From the NCBI GenBank assembly GCA_963833425.1, contig CAWHXP010000015.1, positions 64,001 to 128,000 on the forward strand: 64,000 nucleotides of DNA, in the 5' to 3' direction. Of this stretch, positions 13,428 to 25,976 are shown in pieces (the stretch's first letter is position 1; each line of letters begins with the position of its first letter). A program made the position numbers and the translations under genes. Under the pieces are notes generated by a model, which saw nothing but the letters and a program-made list of their open reading frames with translations, was not told where the DNA came from and made no database searches. The DNA is from an uncultured Methanosarcinaceae archaeon. GTDB taxonomy: Archaea > Halobacteriota > Methanosarcinia > Methanosarcinales > Methanosarcinaceae.

Positions 13428-13967
13428 ATGATGAATTTAAAAGAAAAGAAATGTCTGATAGCCTATTATTCACGTGAGGGGAATAACTATGTTAGTGGAA
13501 GGATTGTTAATTTGCCAATCGGTAATACAAAAGTAGTAGTAAAGATGATTCAGGAAATGACAGAAGGCGATGTTTTCCGTATTGATACAGTAAAGTCTTA
13601 TCCTGAGGATTATACCGAAACCACCAACGTGGCAAAAAAAGAACAGCATGACAATGCCAGACCTAAGCTTTCCAGCCATGTAGAAAATATGGATTCTTAT
13701 AATGTGATATTCATTGGCTATCCGATTTGGTTTGGCACAATACCAATGGGAGTATTTACATTTTTTGAAGAGTATGATTTTTCCGGAAAAACCATTGTAC
13801 CTTTTTGCACGCACGAAGGTAGCGAATTGGGCCGAAGTGAAAGGGACATAAAGAAACTTTGTCCAAACTCCGGTGTTCTTAAAGGCTTGGCAATCAGAGG
13901 CAGCGATGTAAAAAATGCGCAGAATGAGGTATCCAAGTGGCTGCATGAACTTGAAATGACAGGATAA
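13428..13967 (+). CDS. Flavodoxin
   Basis: IAYYSR.G, GNT, IGYPIWFG, PFCTHEGS. Confidence 0.88.
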   Translation: MMNLKEKKCLIAYYSREGNNYVSGRIVNLPIGNTKVVVKMIQEMTEGDVFRIDTVKSYPEDYTETTNVAKKEQHDNARPKLSSHVENMDSYNVIFIGYPIWFGTIPMGVFTFFEEYDFSGKTIVPFCTHEGSELGRSERDIKKLCPNSGVLKGLAIRGSDVKNAQNEVSKWLHELEMTG

Positions 13968-14491
13968 AAATTTGTTGACAATCAAAACACTAGGAAAGGC
14001 GGAAACTCCGACATGTTGTGCGATCAGTTTATGCTTGGAGCAAAAGAAGCAGGCTATCAAGCAGAGATTTTTTTTAAGAGATAAAAATATCAATTATTGC
14101 CTGCGCTGTCTTGCTTGCCAGAGTAATGGTGGCAGTTGTGCACAGAGAGATGATATGGATGAAATCTTGGATAAAATGATTGAAGCAGACGTTCTTGTAA
14201 TGGTAACTCTTGTGTATTTTATTGTAAGAGTGCACAGATGAAGACATTAATTGACATAACTTGTCCAAGATATACATCCATTAATGACAAAAATTCTATC
14301 TAATTGCAACTACTAATGACAGCAGCAAAAATGAAATGAGTGAGAAGATTGCAGGTTTCAGGGAATTTCTGCGTTGCCTTTATAATGCAGAAGAATCAGG
14401 CACCATTTATGGTATCGGAGTATATGACATAGGAGATATTAAAGGACATCCTGCAATGAAGCAGGCTTATGAAATTGAAAAGAATGCATAA
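13956..14491 (+). pseudogene. Flavodoxin-like Fe-S flavoprotein, multiply frameshifted
   Basis: RKGGNSDMLCDQF, INYCLRCLAC, EADVLVM, QMKTLID, AMKQAYE spread across frames. Confidence 0.75.
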
Positions 14492-14522
14492 GCTTTAAAC
14501 TGCATAACAGAAGGGATAAAAT

Positions 14523-15368
14523 ATGACACCGAAAAATAATCAAGTATGGTTTATTACAGGAGCAAACAAGGGTCTGGGCTCTGCAATCGCCAAAGAAGCT
14601 TTAGACAGAGGATACAAGGTTGTCGCTACGGCACGTAAACCAGAAGGAATAGAAAAAACTCTTGGTAACTCTCCAAACCTGCTGACCCTCAAGCTTGACA
14701 TAACAAATAATGAACAGGTGCAGTCATCTGTTGATGCCGCTTTGGAACGGTTTGGACGTGTTGATGTGCTGGTCAACAGTGCAGGATACGGGTTACTCGG
14801 ATACTTTGAGGAAATATCTGAAAAGCTGATCCGCCAACATATAGAGACCAATATTTTGGGGACAATGAAAATTACCCGCGCTGTGCTGCCGTTCATGCGC
14901 AAGCAGCGTTCAGGCTGGATAATCGTTATTAGTTCCACTTCGGGAATCAGAGCTGTTGAAGGCAACTCCGTGTACAGTGCCTCCAAATTTGCACTGGAAG
15001 GCTGGACTGAAGGCATGAGCACTGACCTTAAACCATTTGGGATCCGGTGCATGATTGTTGAGCCAGGCGCATTCCGTACAGAGTTTTTCAATGAAAAGAC
15101 ATCCCTCATTATCTCAGATATAGAGATTGACAACTATAAAGATAGACGTGAAATTTTACATGATAACGCAGTTTTATGGCATCAGAAACAACCAGGTGAC
15201 CCCGCAAAACTCGCCAAGGCACTGATGACGGCATTAAATGCTCCCAATCCACCTCTGCGCTTGTTAGTTGGCAATGCCGCCGTGGACTCCATTGACAAGT
15301 ATCTCAAGGAGCGCCGCTCCGAGTTTGAAATCTGGCGTGAAGTCTCAGCTAACACTGATTTTGATTAA
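14523..15368 (+). CDS. Short-chain dehydrogenase/reductase
   Basis: WFITGANKGLG, LVNSAG, YSASK, VEPGAFRT. Confidence 0.92.
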   Translation: MTPKNNQVWFITGANKGLGSAIAKEALDRGYKVVATARKPEGIEKTLGNSPNLLTLKLDITNNEQVQSSVDAALERFGRVDVLVNSAGYGLLGYFEEISEKLIRQHIETNILGTMKITRAVLPFMRKQRSGWIIVISSTSGIRAVEGNSVYSASKFALEGWTEGMSTDLKPFGIRCMIVEPGAFRTEFFNEKTSLIISDIEIDNYKDRREILHDNAVLWHQKQPGDPAKLAKALMTALNAPNPPLRLLVGNAAVDSIDKYLKERRSEFEIWREVSANTDFD

Positions 15369-15517
15369 TATTTATGCAAAGATAAACGGCTTTTTCTGCT
15401 GAAGCTAGAGTATTACTGACAATGAGCTCGGAGTTAATATGGCTTTCCAAGAACTTTAAACGCACTGAATTTGAAATGAAATTAAGAAAGAGGTTTAAAA
15501 CAGTGTAGATTTTTTAA

Positions 15518-16890
15518 TTAGGATACCTGGACGATTTGAATAGCAAAGGGACCTGCTGAAATTTCAGAATTGAAGGCAAGAATTGAAGAAAAAGGGGAAT
15601 CAAATAGAGGATAAAAATCGACATATTTAAACATCTCAGGGAAGATCACGCTTAAAGCATAAAGAGTAGAAACAATAATTATAATAAATACAATCAAAAA
15701 ACCCAATAAATTTTGCATTAAGGTATTCTTATATTTCCCCATCATCTCTTCATTGTTAAGCAGAAGTAGCAGAAAAACCAGAGTTTCAGGAAGAAGAATA
15801 ACAGTTATCACTTGCACGAAAAGAGTTATCAGCACCAACGGGGCCCCTGGAGTTATTACAACCAAGCCAGCGAAAATCAAGCTCAGGAAATAAAAAGCAT
15901 AGAACATAGGTGCTTCTGAAACCTTGTTGTTGATGGAATGAGCCCATCCAAAAACCTCACCCATAGCCCATGAACTTGCCAATGATATACACATAGCACC
16001 AAGAAGTCCGGCATCGAAGAGTCCTATGGCGAGAGCAGAACCAACGATTGGGGAACTGCTCATGATTGCAATTGCAGCTTGAGCAGCACTTTCTATATCT
16101 ACTCCACCGGGCTTGAAGAGCAACGTGCCTGTGAGAATTACACATGCTATTGCAACTACAACTGTAAAGAATGCACCAACTGCAGTATCGAATTTTCCAA
16201 AAGAAATATCTTTCTCAGTCATGCCCTTATCTACTACAGAGCTCTGCTGGAAGAATATCATCCAGGGGGCTATTATAGTTCCTATATTCGCCATGGAAAA
16301 GAAGAAAAAATCACCTGTGAACCCTGTGATCGGAATACTTGGAATCAAACCTTTGATGACATCGCTATAATTGGGGTGAATAAGCAGAATCGCAGGAATA
16401 TAGATTAGATTGAGTAAGCAGAAAAGGAGTACTATCTTTTCCCATGTCCAGTATCTCCCGTGAACGAATATGGTGACCATCAAGATGGAGACAGCTATTA
16501 TCGTCAATATAGGCGGTATACCAAATATCTTTAGAGCAGCTGTCATTCCTATAAACTCAGTTACCATCGTAAGAAAATACAAGGAGTCCAAGTCTATTAA
16601 CGAGAACCAGCCCCAAAAAGAGCCAAAAGCATCGAATATAGCCTCTGCATGTCCTCGTTTGGTGACTGCGCCTAATCTCACAGTCATTTCCTGAACATAT
16701 ATGCTACTGGACCACGTAGAATTAAGAGCCAGATTAAATTAAAGCCGAATTTGGCACCTGTTGCTGTATAGGTTGTGATACTACCTGCATCATTGTCTGC
16801 TACCATCACAATTATGCCTGGCCCAGCAATTACCAAATATAAACCCAGCCATTTTATTAATCGGCGACATTTGTAGTAATACCATGCACC
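15518..16890 (-). pseudogene. NRAMP-family divalent metal transporter with a 1-bp frameshift near 16700
   Basis: GPGIIVMVADNDAGSITTY lies in a different frame from QEMTVRLGAVT; also ANIGT.IAPWMIFFQQS. Confidence 0.82.
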
Positions 16891-17392
16891 TTCAATGATT
16901 AATCAGCTCCTCAGTTTGATTTCCTACTGAATTAAATAAATTTCATTTGTTGCCCAGTTGAATAGAAAAACAGTAATATTAAGCACTTAATGGTCTAGAT
17001 CTCAATATGATAAGTACATGGGATTTGTTTATCTGGTAATTCGGAACAGTTGCTCAAAAAGCTTCGAGCCATAAGTTTTAACCTGTTTTTGCTATTTGAT
17101 TATCGGGAGTGGGATAAAGAAGGCTCAATATGTACAATTACATCAGAAATATCCTTACACTATTCCCTCAGCTTTTTGCTGACCTTGTAAAAGATAATAT
17201 GGGCATCTCTAAGAGACATCTAAGATACAACAAGTAGGTGCATATCGACCTTGATATCTCCCATGCTTCCACGTGTCCGAATTTTATGACAGTCGTTTAC
17301 GCCATCCATTCTGATAATTAATTTCCTTATTTCCTTCCTTATTTTTTCCTTAACATTCTTAGTTTAATCGTGTTTTTGCTGAAAAGAACATT

Positions 17393-17660
17393 GAGAATTT
17401 CGATAAACTCCTATGCATTTGAGCATTCAAGATTTTAAATCTCTTAACAATATAATTTCTATTTATGAAAACTCTTACTGATTTTGCTCTTAACAACAAT
17501 ATTGAAGCTCTAAAGAAGATGAATGCGGATCTGGAATTATATTCTGCAGATGGAAGCCATGATTCATTCATGATCCATTATTTTCATCTGAGACTCATTG
17601 GTTGCTGTCTTGAGATTTTTTAGGTGCACTTCGTGCAATTTAATAGCTTTCTCAAGCTAG
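17393..17660 (+). mobile_element. IS5-like transposase relic with one terminal IR
   Basis: Begins gagaatttcgataaactcc (matches the MITE IRs at 32037, 50315, 53430); fragment IEALKKMNADLELYSADGSHDS resembles a DDE ADGGYDS motif. Confidence 0.5.
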
Positions 17661-17745
17661 AAAAGAGCGCTTTCAACATTAATTTTGGGTAGTTCCATAT
17701 GTGAAGAATAAGGTTTCTAGAAAATTCTTAGTGGAAGCTGTAACA

Positions 17746-18216
17746 TTAATAATAAATTGCTATTAACACCATCAAAGTGGATAGGGTCACGTATAAAGCT
17801 CCAGGTATAAAATGAGCCCAAAAATCTGGATGAAGGAAGCGTGCTTTTTGTATCGTTTCTTCATCTGCGAAAAAAGATTCTGGATACCTGTGCAAAAAAG
17901 CTTCATATATTCTGAAATAACCAAACTCAAAAAATGAACCTAGGCCTATTAAAGTAACATTTAAAATACCTCTTATAGTCATATCGAATCGAACATCAAT
18001 TAATCCAAGAAGAGCAAATAAAATTGCAAACTGGAATAGTGGTACTATGAATAAAATAATCCATGCCATTAATAAACGATTAATATTATGAGACTTTCCT
18101 TTCCAGGCATTATAAGTGTCCCAAGGTTTATACATTTCATGAGAGCGGTCTATTATCAGAGAGAAATAAATTGCAAAGAATAATGAAAACAGCTCTTGTG
18201 CTTCAGTGAAAGGCAT
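17746..18216 (-). CDS. Hypothetical membrane protein
   Basis: 156-aa ORF with about four hydrophobic segments. Confidence 0.7.
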   Translation of the reverse strand: MPFTEAQELFSLFFAIYFSLIIDRSHEMYKPWDTYNAWKGKSHNINRLLMAWIILFIVPLFQFAILFALLGLIDVRFDMTIRGILNVTLIGLGSFFEFGYFRIYEAFLHRYPESFFADEETIQKARFLHPDFWAHFIPGALYVTLSTLMVLIAIYY

Positions 18217-18313
18217 TTTCTACCAAATTTTTAATCTATTCAGGCTCAAAGCATCGATAAAGGAATAAAAGGGGATAGAATAATAAAGGGTATTTATTGC
18301 GTGTAACCATAAA

Positions 18314-18991
18314 TTAAACTTTCTTCTCTGGAGGGACCATCTGTCCATTGCTATAGGCCGTCGCTGTATCCAGCAAGTGGCCCCAACTAGGCAGATGCTC
18401 TCTAAATACCATAGCATAAGGCCATCCTTTTGCTTCATCTATGCGCCAATCAGCTTGAAGTTCAGCACCAATTGACCACCAGTTACGCACCTTCACACCC
18501 GCCGGAGCAAGAGTTGCTATGGTAGCCTCACGTTCAAGAACACTCACTGCTCCACTCGCATCTATGACAGCATGGATGTCAAACCCCTCAAGAACCGCAT
18601 CTAATGAAGGAAACTGCAAGCATGTTGAATCACTGATCCCGGCGATTATGAGCTTCCCTCGTCCAATACTATCAACTGCTTTCCTAAATGCTGGCCAGCG
18701 CCAGGCATTGATAACACCAGGACGACGAATGACCTCTACATCTGGGAACAGAGTCTTCAATTCAGGAAGAATAGTGCCGTTTGGTCCCCAGTCTACACTG
18801 GTGGTTAGGATTACGGGAAGACCAAAAATTTTTGCTGTTTTGGCCAGACCCACTACATTATTTTTGAACTCCTCTGGAGTCATATCTCGTACCAACTGCA
18901 TGAGGCCTACTTGGTGATCTATCAGCAATAGCGCTGCATTTTCCGGCGTGAGAGTATCACGAGGCCCTACATTCTCTTCATACTTGTTCAT
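18314..18991 (-). CDS. Isochorismatase-family (YcaC-like) cysteine hydrolase
   Basis: LLLIDHQ, INAW, IIAGI...CL, VIDASG. Confidence 0.9.
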   Translation of the reverse strand: MNKYEENVGPRDTLTPENAALLLIDHQVGLMQLVRDMTPEEFKNNVVGLAKTAKIFGLPVILTTSVDWGPNGTILPELKTLFPDVEVIRRPGVINAWRWPAFRKAVDSIGRGKLIIAGISDSTCLQFPSLDAVLEGFDIHAVIDASGAVSVLEREATIATLAPAGVKVRNWWSIGAELQADWRIDEAKGWPYAMVFREHLPSWGHLLDTATAYSNGQMVPPEKKV

Positions 18992-19371
18992 TTTTTACCT
19001 CTTTGCTATTTGTTGTATTTCCAAATCAGTTATGCAATTCTAATTGATTCGGGCAATAGCCACTGAAATTATATTATTAAAGTCCGATCATTGCACCGTA
19101 ATTTGAATAAACTTCTTTGACCAACTCGCCTGCTTTAGGATTGTTCCAATCATGCATCCACATAAATATGCGGAAAGTGGGGTGTTGCTATAATAAACAC
19201 CAGCGATACTTAAGTACAATCGATATTGGGTAATTGTCGAAAGACCATTTGAGGAGATATTTTGATGGTATTAAGATGGATTGCCAGCGCAATTACTGCA
19301 AACCTATGCCAACAGAGATAAAATGCAAATCTAAACTCCTTTTGCACTCGCATCCATTTTTTCAATCTTTT

Positions 19372-20078
19372 TCATCTCTTCACATGACTGCCATCACAGA
19401 ATGGTTTGTTCTGTGATTCCCCACATCCACAGATAGTGACCCGATTCCTAATCTCGTACTGTTTGCCGTCTGCGGATTCTATCGGGATGCCACCGCGTAT
19501 CCAGAAAGGACTGTGCTGGGGGGAGGGTACTCAACGAAGACAATGGACTTCTCAAGTTCAGGCTCAATCGCCTTCCCGGTGACGTTGTCAAGGATTACCA
19601 ACCTACCTGAAGGGCAATTGCATGCTTCCTCAATGGCAGTGTCCCAAGCCTCTGGATTTTCGGATTGTCGAACAAGGTTCCAGATGCTCCCTTCCCGCAT
19701 GCAGAATCCAGTGTGGACACAGAGGTGTTTATTGTCAGTCAGAGTCAGCATAGAGCCAGGGATAACTTTAGCACTTTCTATATAAGGCTCATAGTCCCCA
19801 GCCTCGGTTCCATCAAAGTGAATCTTTGCATGTGTCCCATCACAGAAAACTTTGTTATCTGAGTGACCACAACGGCATAGAGCATACTGTTCCTGCACGG
19901 GGTATCTTTTGACTTCACGCCAACTTCGGCGGTAGCCTTCTTCATCGTTGCGAATCTCCGAGGTAATAAGGGGAACTCCACCGATTACGATATATGGACC
20001 ATTCTTAATCACAGTGATCTTCATGGAGTTGTCCGATACATTTGATTTTGTTTTCATATTTTCCGGCATGATCATCAT
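19372..20078 (-). pseudogene. CDGSH iron-sulfur domain protein (two CDGSH motifs), frameshifted near 19520
   Basis: ALCRCGHSDNKVFCDGTH; second frame gives [37 protein letters not shown]. Confidence 0.85.
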
Positions 20079-20297
20079 CTTTCAGCTTCTCTATGTCCCA
20101 ATTTCTCAAAGTTTTTTATGGCAGAACCACCAATCTTAGCAGGTAATATCTCCGCCGTTTTACACGTGTCTTGGCAGTCTTCTCGTCCGATGGTAGGGGT
20201 ATCATTACCTCGTCTTTTATCTTGCTCTATCATGAGCAGAAGCCCCTATTTTAAGCCAGTGTTTTCAGTCTTCTAGATCTTATGGTCTCATATTAAA

Positions 20298-20903
20298 TCA
20301 GGAAGTTTCTGCTATGCACTGACTATTTGCCCGTAGATTGGTGTTTACCCGACCGGGAGCAACAGCATTGGTGCGGATATTTCTGCGCATATAGTTGAAA
20401 GCGACATTCTTCGTCAGCCCAATGATCCCGTACTTTGAGGCTACATAAACGGCTCCGCCACCGCGTGCGGCAAACATTTCAGCAATATACGCCATGTTAA
20501 CGATGACCCTGCAGCCTTGCTTTTCTAACATCGGAAGAGCTTTTCGGATGGTCTGCATCGGCGCGGTCAGGTTGATGTCGATCACTTTGTTCCAGAGCTC
20601 ATCACTCACATACCCTGCCGGCAACAGCATGTCAAAAATGCCGGCGTTGTTGACCAGGATATCCAAACTGCGAAACTGCCTTATCGACAATCCTTTGCAC
20701 ATCATTTTCTTTTGTGACATCCGCTTGAACTGCAATGGCCATGCCATGCTCTGAGGTTATTTCGCATACAGTAGCCTGAACGCCGTCTTCGTCCAGATCA
20801 ACATCTACAACTTTTGCTCCTTCTTTTGCATACAGTTTGGCAATGGCTTTGCCGTTTCCAGAAGCGGCACCTGTTACCAAAGCAACTTTACTTTAAGTCT
20901 CAT
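20298..20903 (-). pseudogene. SDR oxidoreductase, frameshifted and 3' truncated
   Basis: VTGAASGNG, LVNNAG, YVASK, NAVAPG in different frames. Confidence 0.85.
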
Positions 20904-21079
20904 AATTAGGATACCCCTTCTTTAGGCAGCATGAAATAATAAACATCCGCACCCTATAAGGGTACGGCTTTGATCAGCTCCCCCAAAGGAGGCAGGGCAG
21001 CACAGGTTGTGCTACAATTATGTTTTTTCATAACAGTTCGGCACTGTCACACATTTGGGAATTTGCAAAAAAAGACTCA

Positions 21080-21245
21080 GGTTACCCCAATTTCATTGAT
21101 TTTTCCATCAACACAGCACTGACCGATAACCAGTCCTGCTTCATGAGCATAGTTAGAAGGAACGTGCAGAGCTTTCTCATGTCTGTCGTCCGTCGTTCCC
21201 CACGCATCGTTTTGCCATCAATGACAACAACTTCTTTTACGATTC
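21080..21245 (-). mobile_element. ISAs1-family transposase fragment
   Basis: Minus strand reads VVVIDGKTMRG, then LHV...AHEAGLVIGQCCVDGKINEI (ISAs1 IDGKTLRG and GLVLGQ..KSNEI motifs). Confidence 0.78.
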
Positions 21246-21304
21246 CGATAGGGCTCTATCAACCCGAAGTGCTTAAGCCCTCTCTAGGTTAGCGTTGTCA
21301 AATC

Positions 21305-21949
21305 TTAGTGTCCGCCACCAATGGCCTTTAAGTAGGCAATGCCAATCCCATAGGCACCCCCCAGTTTCGTTACAAGGCCAGTAACGGCTTCGTAGGTACC
21401 AACGCGCGCCCAATCTCGCTGTAACTCAAGCAAATATTGCATCGACGTCATCGGCCTTATGCCGCATTGAATCATACGTTCCATAGCCACCTCATGCGTT
21501 TCATCCGTGATATCTCCGCAAGCATCGGCTATTACATACACTTCAAAACCTTGATCGATTGCCGAAAGTGCGGGACCGGCAACGCAAACTGAGGTCCAAA
21601 GTCCAGACATAACTATTTTGTCTTTCCCATATTTATTGATGCGGTCCGTGATGCGACTATCCTCCCACGCGTTTACCGTCGTTCGATCAATGACCTCGAC
21701 ATCGGGATAAACCCCTTTAATCTCATCAAACATGGGACCAGAGAACGATTTCTCGGCCACAGTCGTGAGAACGGTGGGGATTTTAAATATAGCGGAGGCA
21801 TGCGCCACAAGAGCGGTATTATTGCGAAGCATTACTGGATCAATAGACTTCACCGCAAAAGCCATTTGCGATTGATGATCAATCATCATTAGCACGTGAT
21901 TAGCGGGTGACAGCAGAGTGTTACCGGGTGCAGGGGTTGCCTTAATCAT
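21305..21949 (-). CDS. Isochorismatase-family (YcaC-like) hydrolase
   Basis: MIDHQSQM, NAWED, GLWTSVC, IADACG, LLELQRDW. Confidence 0.92.
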   Translation of the reverse strand: MIKATPAPGNTLLSPANHVLMMIDHQSQMAFAVKSIDPVMLRNNTALVAHASAIFKIPTVLTTVAEKSFSGPMFDEIKGVYPDVEVIDRTTVNAWEDSRITDRINKYGKDKIVMSGLWTSVCVAGPALSAIDQGFEVYVIADACGDITDETHEVAMERMIQCGIRPMTSMQYLLELQRDWARVGTYEAVTGLVTKLGGAYGIGIAYLKAIGGGH

Positions 21950-22159
21950 GAGAACACCCTCTCAAACTTCTTTCATCAATCATTTTTTCCGCATTCTCTT
22001 CTGCTCTTTTGATTTCAGATAAGATTTCATTTTTAGTCATATGAATCTCCATCTCTCAAAATTTAATATATAAATTAATAATTAATAGCCAATAGGGGAT
22101 TTCAACAAACCCAAATTTTTGGTTAATTACTTATATAAATGAATGTGAACAATTGTAGA

Positions 22160-22455
22160 CTGTACCATTTGGATGCATCTCACGAGCCATATACTGGACA
22201 GGATAAAAGGAACAGTTGGGACTGGCAGTTGGAATACCATGATGCTATGATTGAGCACGATCATCCAGGTAGGCATTGATACTGAATTTGCTGGACGAAC
22301 TTTGACATTGCAGGAGACACCATCGTCATCTACAGCACAGATTACGGCCCACACATGAGCTCCTCGCCTGATGAAGTATGACTCCATTCCGCAACGAAAA
22401 GAATTCATGTTGGGAAGGAGCTTTTCGCAATCCTGAGGTATTGCCTGCCAAGATT
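22160..22455 (+). pseudogene. Second, more degraded arylsulfatase fragment, inverted relative to 10535-10750
   Basis: ggaataccatgatgctatgattgagcacgatca and ccattccgcaacgaaaagaattcatgttgggaaggagc match the reverse complement of 10535-10750. Confidence 0.88.
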
Positions 22456-22514
22456 TTCTAAAAAAATTTAGATCTATGAGCAGGAAGCCCTCTCATTTAG
22501 GATATGGGAAAAAG

Positions 22515-23055
22515 TCATAGCGATTCCTGACAGACCGGGACAAATACTATTTTCTCTTTACCCTGAACTTCTTCTTGAGTTGGTGCTTCCCCTTCGATTT
22601 TTTCCTTTCCGGTTTCTTTTCCAGAAACATCCGTTGCTTCTCTTGGGTATATAGTTCGTGAGTTTATCTGCCAGAATAATTGATAAAGTCGGTATGACTT
22701 TTGAAACAGTGATTTTGCCTCTTCTATTTTACCTTCTTCAAGCAGTTTTGTTCCAGTTTCCATTAAATCTCATGGAGGCCGAAAGCAAGTGTTTGCTGAT
22801 GCACCAAACCTCACCTTCGTATTCCTTGATGATTTTCTTGAGGAGTTCTATTCTCATTTTCCTAACTTCTTGCAATAGATCAAAATATTCATCTTTATCG
22901 GTCTCTTCAGCCGTAAAGAACAAATGCCCTTCTAAGGCGATGAGATTCATTATACCGATGCTCAAATCCGCATCGGTTGATAAATCCATTTCCCTTTTCT
23001 TCGTTACCTTTTCTACTTTATCGACTAATTCATTTACATCTGACTCTGTAACCAT
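22515..23055 (-). pseudogene. Conserved hypothetical helical protein, frameshifted near 22765
   Basis: Two overlapping ORFs join as EGEVWCISKHLLSASMR-LMETGTK. Confidence 0.65.
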
Positions 23056-23704
23056 TAAGTTCGCTCTCCGTTAACTACTGAAAGCCCAGAGGCATTGAAT
23101 AAGTTCATGTAGTCCCAATACAATCTCTCCGAATATACTACGCTCCCACAAATATACCCATTCGAAGAAGGATTAGCGACCTTCAGGAGAATTATTTGTT
23201 GTGTCTGACCCAGTTTACTCTATAACTCTTGATAATATCATAATTAATTTATATTAAATTAATTCTGGAAAAAGTTAGTTTAAAGCAAAAAATAGTTTGA
23301 CGTAAAAAATTTCAAATCTATCAAAAACTTTAACCATTAATTTAAAGCATCATTTGCATTAAGTTAAATTACCCTTATATCAAAACCCTTCTTTTTGCTT
23401 CAGCTAACAATTTGTGAAGAGACATTAACATTAGTTTGAAATCAGTATTTACTTAGGACTATTAAGAATATTTTTATAGTCCATCCGAAAGTCTGAACAG
23501 TTTTAAGGCTGATATCAACAAATTTAATATACTCATTTGATTTCGATATACGGTGCTCCTTCGTTTTTTGTGGGGACAAAAAAATAAAAAGCAATTTTCG
23601 AATCTAAATTTTATAAATTTTTGGGATAAAAATGTAATTTAGAGAATTTATACAAGCCGATATTTTAGCTAGCTAGCTAAAACAATAATTAAACGAGGGT
23701 TAAA

Positions 23705-24472
23705 ATGAAAAATCCATTTGATTTAACAGGAAAACTTGCTCTTGTAACAGGTGGCTCATCAGGTCTTGGAGTAGAGTTTGCCAAAGCTTTGGCAAATCAA
23801 GGTGCAAATATTGCTTTAATTGCACGTCGTGAAGAAAAATTAAAGGAAGTACAGAAGGAAATTGAAGAACTTGGCGTAACTTGCCACTATTACGTGTGTG
23901 ATGTAATGCAAACAGAACAAATTGAGAATGCTGTGGAGCAAGTCGAAAAAGACTTCGGCAGAATTGATATTCTTGTAAATAATGCTGGTCTTGGACTTTT
24001 TGACAATGCAGACAAAACAACTGATGAAATGTGGCGCAAAATGATTGATACTAATCTGAATGCTGTTTATTTCTTTGCCCGCGAAGTTGGGAAAGTAATG
24101 TTGAAGCAAAAATATGGAAGAATTATTAATGTTGGATCAATTCACTCTACAGTGGCAATGAACGGATTGCCACTTACAGCTTATTGCTCAACAAAAGGTG
24201 GAGTTTTAATGCTCACCAAGGCTCTGGCAAATGAATGGGCAAAACACGGCATTACTGTTAATGCAATTGGACCTGGTTATTTTGATCTTGGAATGGCAGA
24301 AAGACTTGTAGCTGATCCGAAATTTGCAAAAACTGTTGAATTTATGTGTCCGATTGGACGTGCAGGAATGTCTGGAGAGTTGGATACAACATTTCTTTAC
24401 TTTGCATCCGATGCATCAACATATACTACAGGTCAAATAATTATAGTTGATGGCGGCTGGACAACAATTTAA
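23705..24472 (+). CDS. SDR oxidoreductase (gluconate 5-dehydrogenase-like)
   Basis: LVTGGSSGLG, LVNNAG, YCSTK, NAIGPG, VDGG. Confidence 0.92.
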   Translation: MKNPFDLTGKLALVTGGSSGLGVEFAKALANQGANIALIARREEKLKEVQKEIEELGVTCHYYVCDVMQTEQIENAVEQVEKDFGRIDILVNNAGLGLFDNADKTTDEMWRKMIDTNLNAVYFFAREVGKVMLKQKYGRIINVGSIHSTVAMNGLPLTAYCSTKGGVLMLTKALANEWAKHGITVNAIGPGYFDLGMAERLVADPKFAKTVEFMCPIGRAGMSGELDTTFLYFASDASTYTTGQIIIVDGGWTTI

Positions 24473-24787
24473 GGCAAAAGGCATCTATTTTCTAGTTTTG
24501 GCAGTGTGTTGAATTTTCCATACAATAACTTCTTGAAATTTGTGATTTTACGGACAAATTATCACACTGTCAAATTATTAAATACATTCTCTAAGGCCAT
24601 CTTCATCTTTGGGGATAATAACAACATAATCAATATTAAATAATTGTTTTCTCCATCTCACAAAAACTTGTCTACCCAATACAATTGCAATAGGAAGTGT
24701 CAAAATGGAAGTAACTAGGAACACTAAATCTGTAAGTGCCTTATAGTCATAAAATTTTAATTTTGAAAAAAATATCAGTGATCGGTA

Positions 24788-25343
24788 TCATTGTATTTTT
24801 ACTTCTATTTTCCCTTCAGTCTTACACGCATCAAGCTCACAGGGACATGCAGAAATAGCAACTGTGCAATTTTTAAGGACATAGAAACTTACTGAATCTC
24901 CACATTTTACTCTTGAAGTCCTAGTCTTAAACTCATAATTATTGCTATCCAGCTCGAAATCCATAAACAGGTTTATTGTACTGGGGAGAGTTATAGTTGG
25001 AATTCCCAGAGCAAATGCTAGGAGATCTCTACATCCGGATTTATCTTTTCCATATTTTTCAACATATAGTTTTTTTCGGCATCCTGGATATATAATGTTT
25101 GTGTCTGCTTCGGAATCTATTGACAGCACTTGAAGAACCCTTTCTTCATTTGAATCAAACAATTCATCTCCATATTTTAGAACCAATCTACGTAACCTAT
25201 CGAGGGTTATACCTGATTATAATCAAGAAAAACTAGGTCAGCTAACTGCTCTCCATTTATACAAGAAATTATAATTTTTTGCCCTTTGGACACTACAATC
25301 CCTTTAGCTTCTCCTTTATTAAGAATAAATTCCAGTTTTTCAA
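24788..25343 (-). pseudogene. Urea carboxylase-associated (DUF1989-like) protein, frameshifted near 25215
   Basis: GEQLADLVF upstream, then PGC, GC, INLFM, GD.V, VAISACP. Confidence 0.65.
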
Positions 25344-25976
25344 CCCCTTGTTTTTTTTAGATAGCACTTCCAAGAATTATTAATTAATCCTATAAATTAT
25401 GGGAAAAATAAGATAAAGAGATCTTCAATCAATGAAAATTATCATTTAGATTAATATTCGAGATCTAATCCCTTTGAAAATTCCCAAATTCTGTGTTCGG
25501 TCTTAAAAATCAACTTCTTTCAACGATCTTAATTTTGAATTAATTTTAATAAGTTGTTATAATCTCTTGATAATTTTTGTACCATGTTAATCAGGATTAG
25601 GTATTTAAGTAGAACATTTATCCGCTTGTATTCGATTAAGGAAATCTATTAACGTCAAAATGATTACTGCAATAATTCACCCATTTGACTTACATTTATA
25701 GGTTTACAGAAAAAAGAAACAAATCGAATACATCTTATACGGATTTTCAGTAATTATCTTCGTTTTGTTCATACTTAACTCTTACTATGTGCTTAAAATT
25801 TAAAAACATGTCTAATTAGTATTATTTTATTCAGTTATCCTAAATCAGTTTAGTGATGAAGATGATTTTATAGAACTCATCTATATTTTTACCATGAAAT
25901 ACGGATACATAGTTTTTATATGGCATTTAATAAAAAGTCTCTTTTTGAGACACTAAAAACAGAATTGGTATATCTA

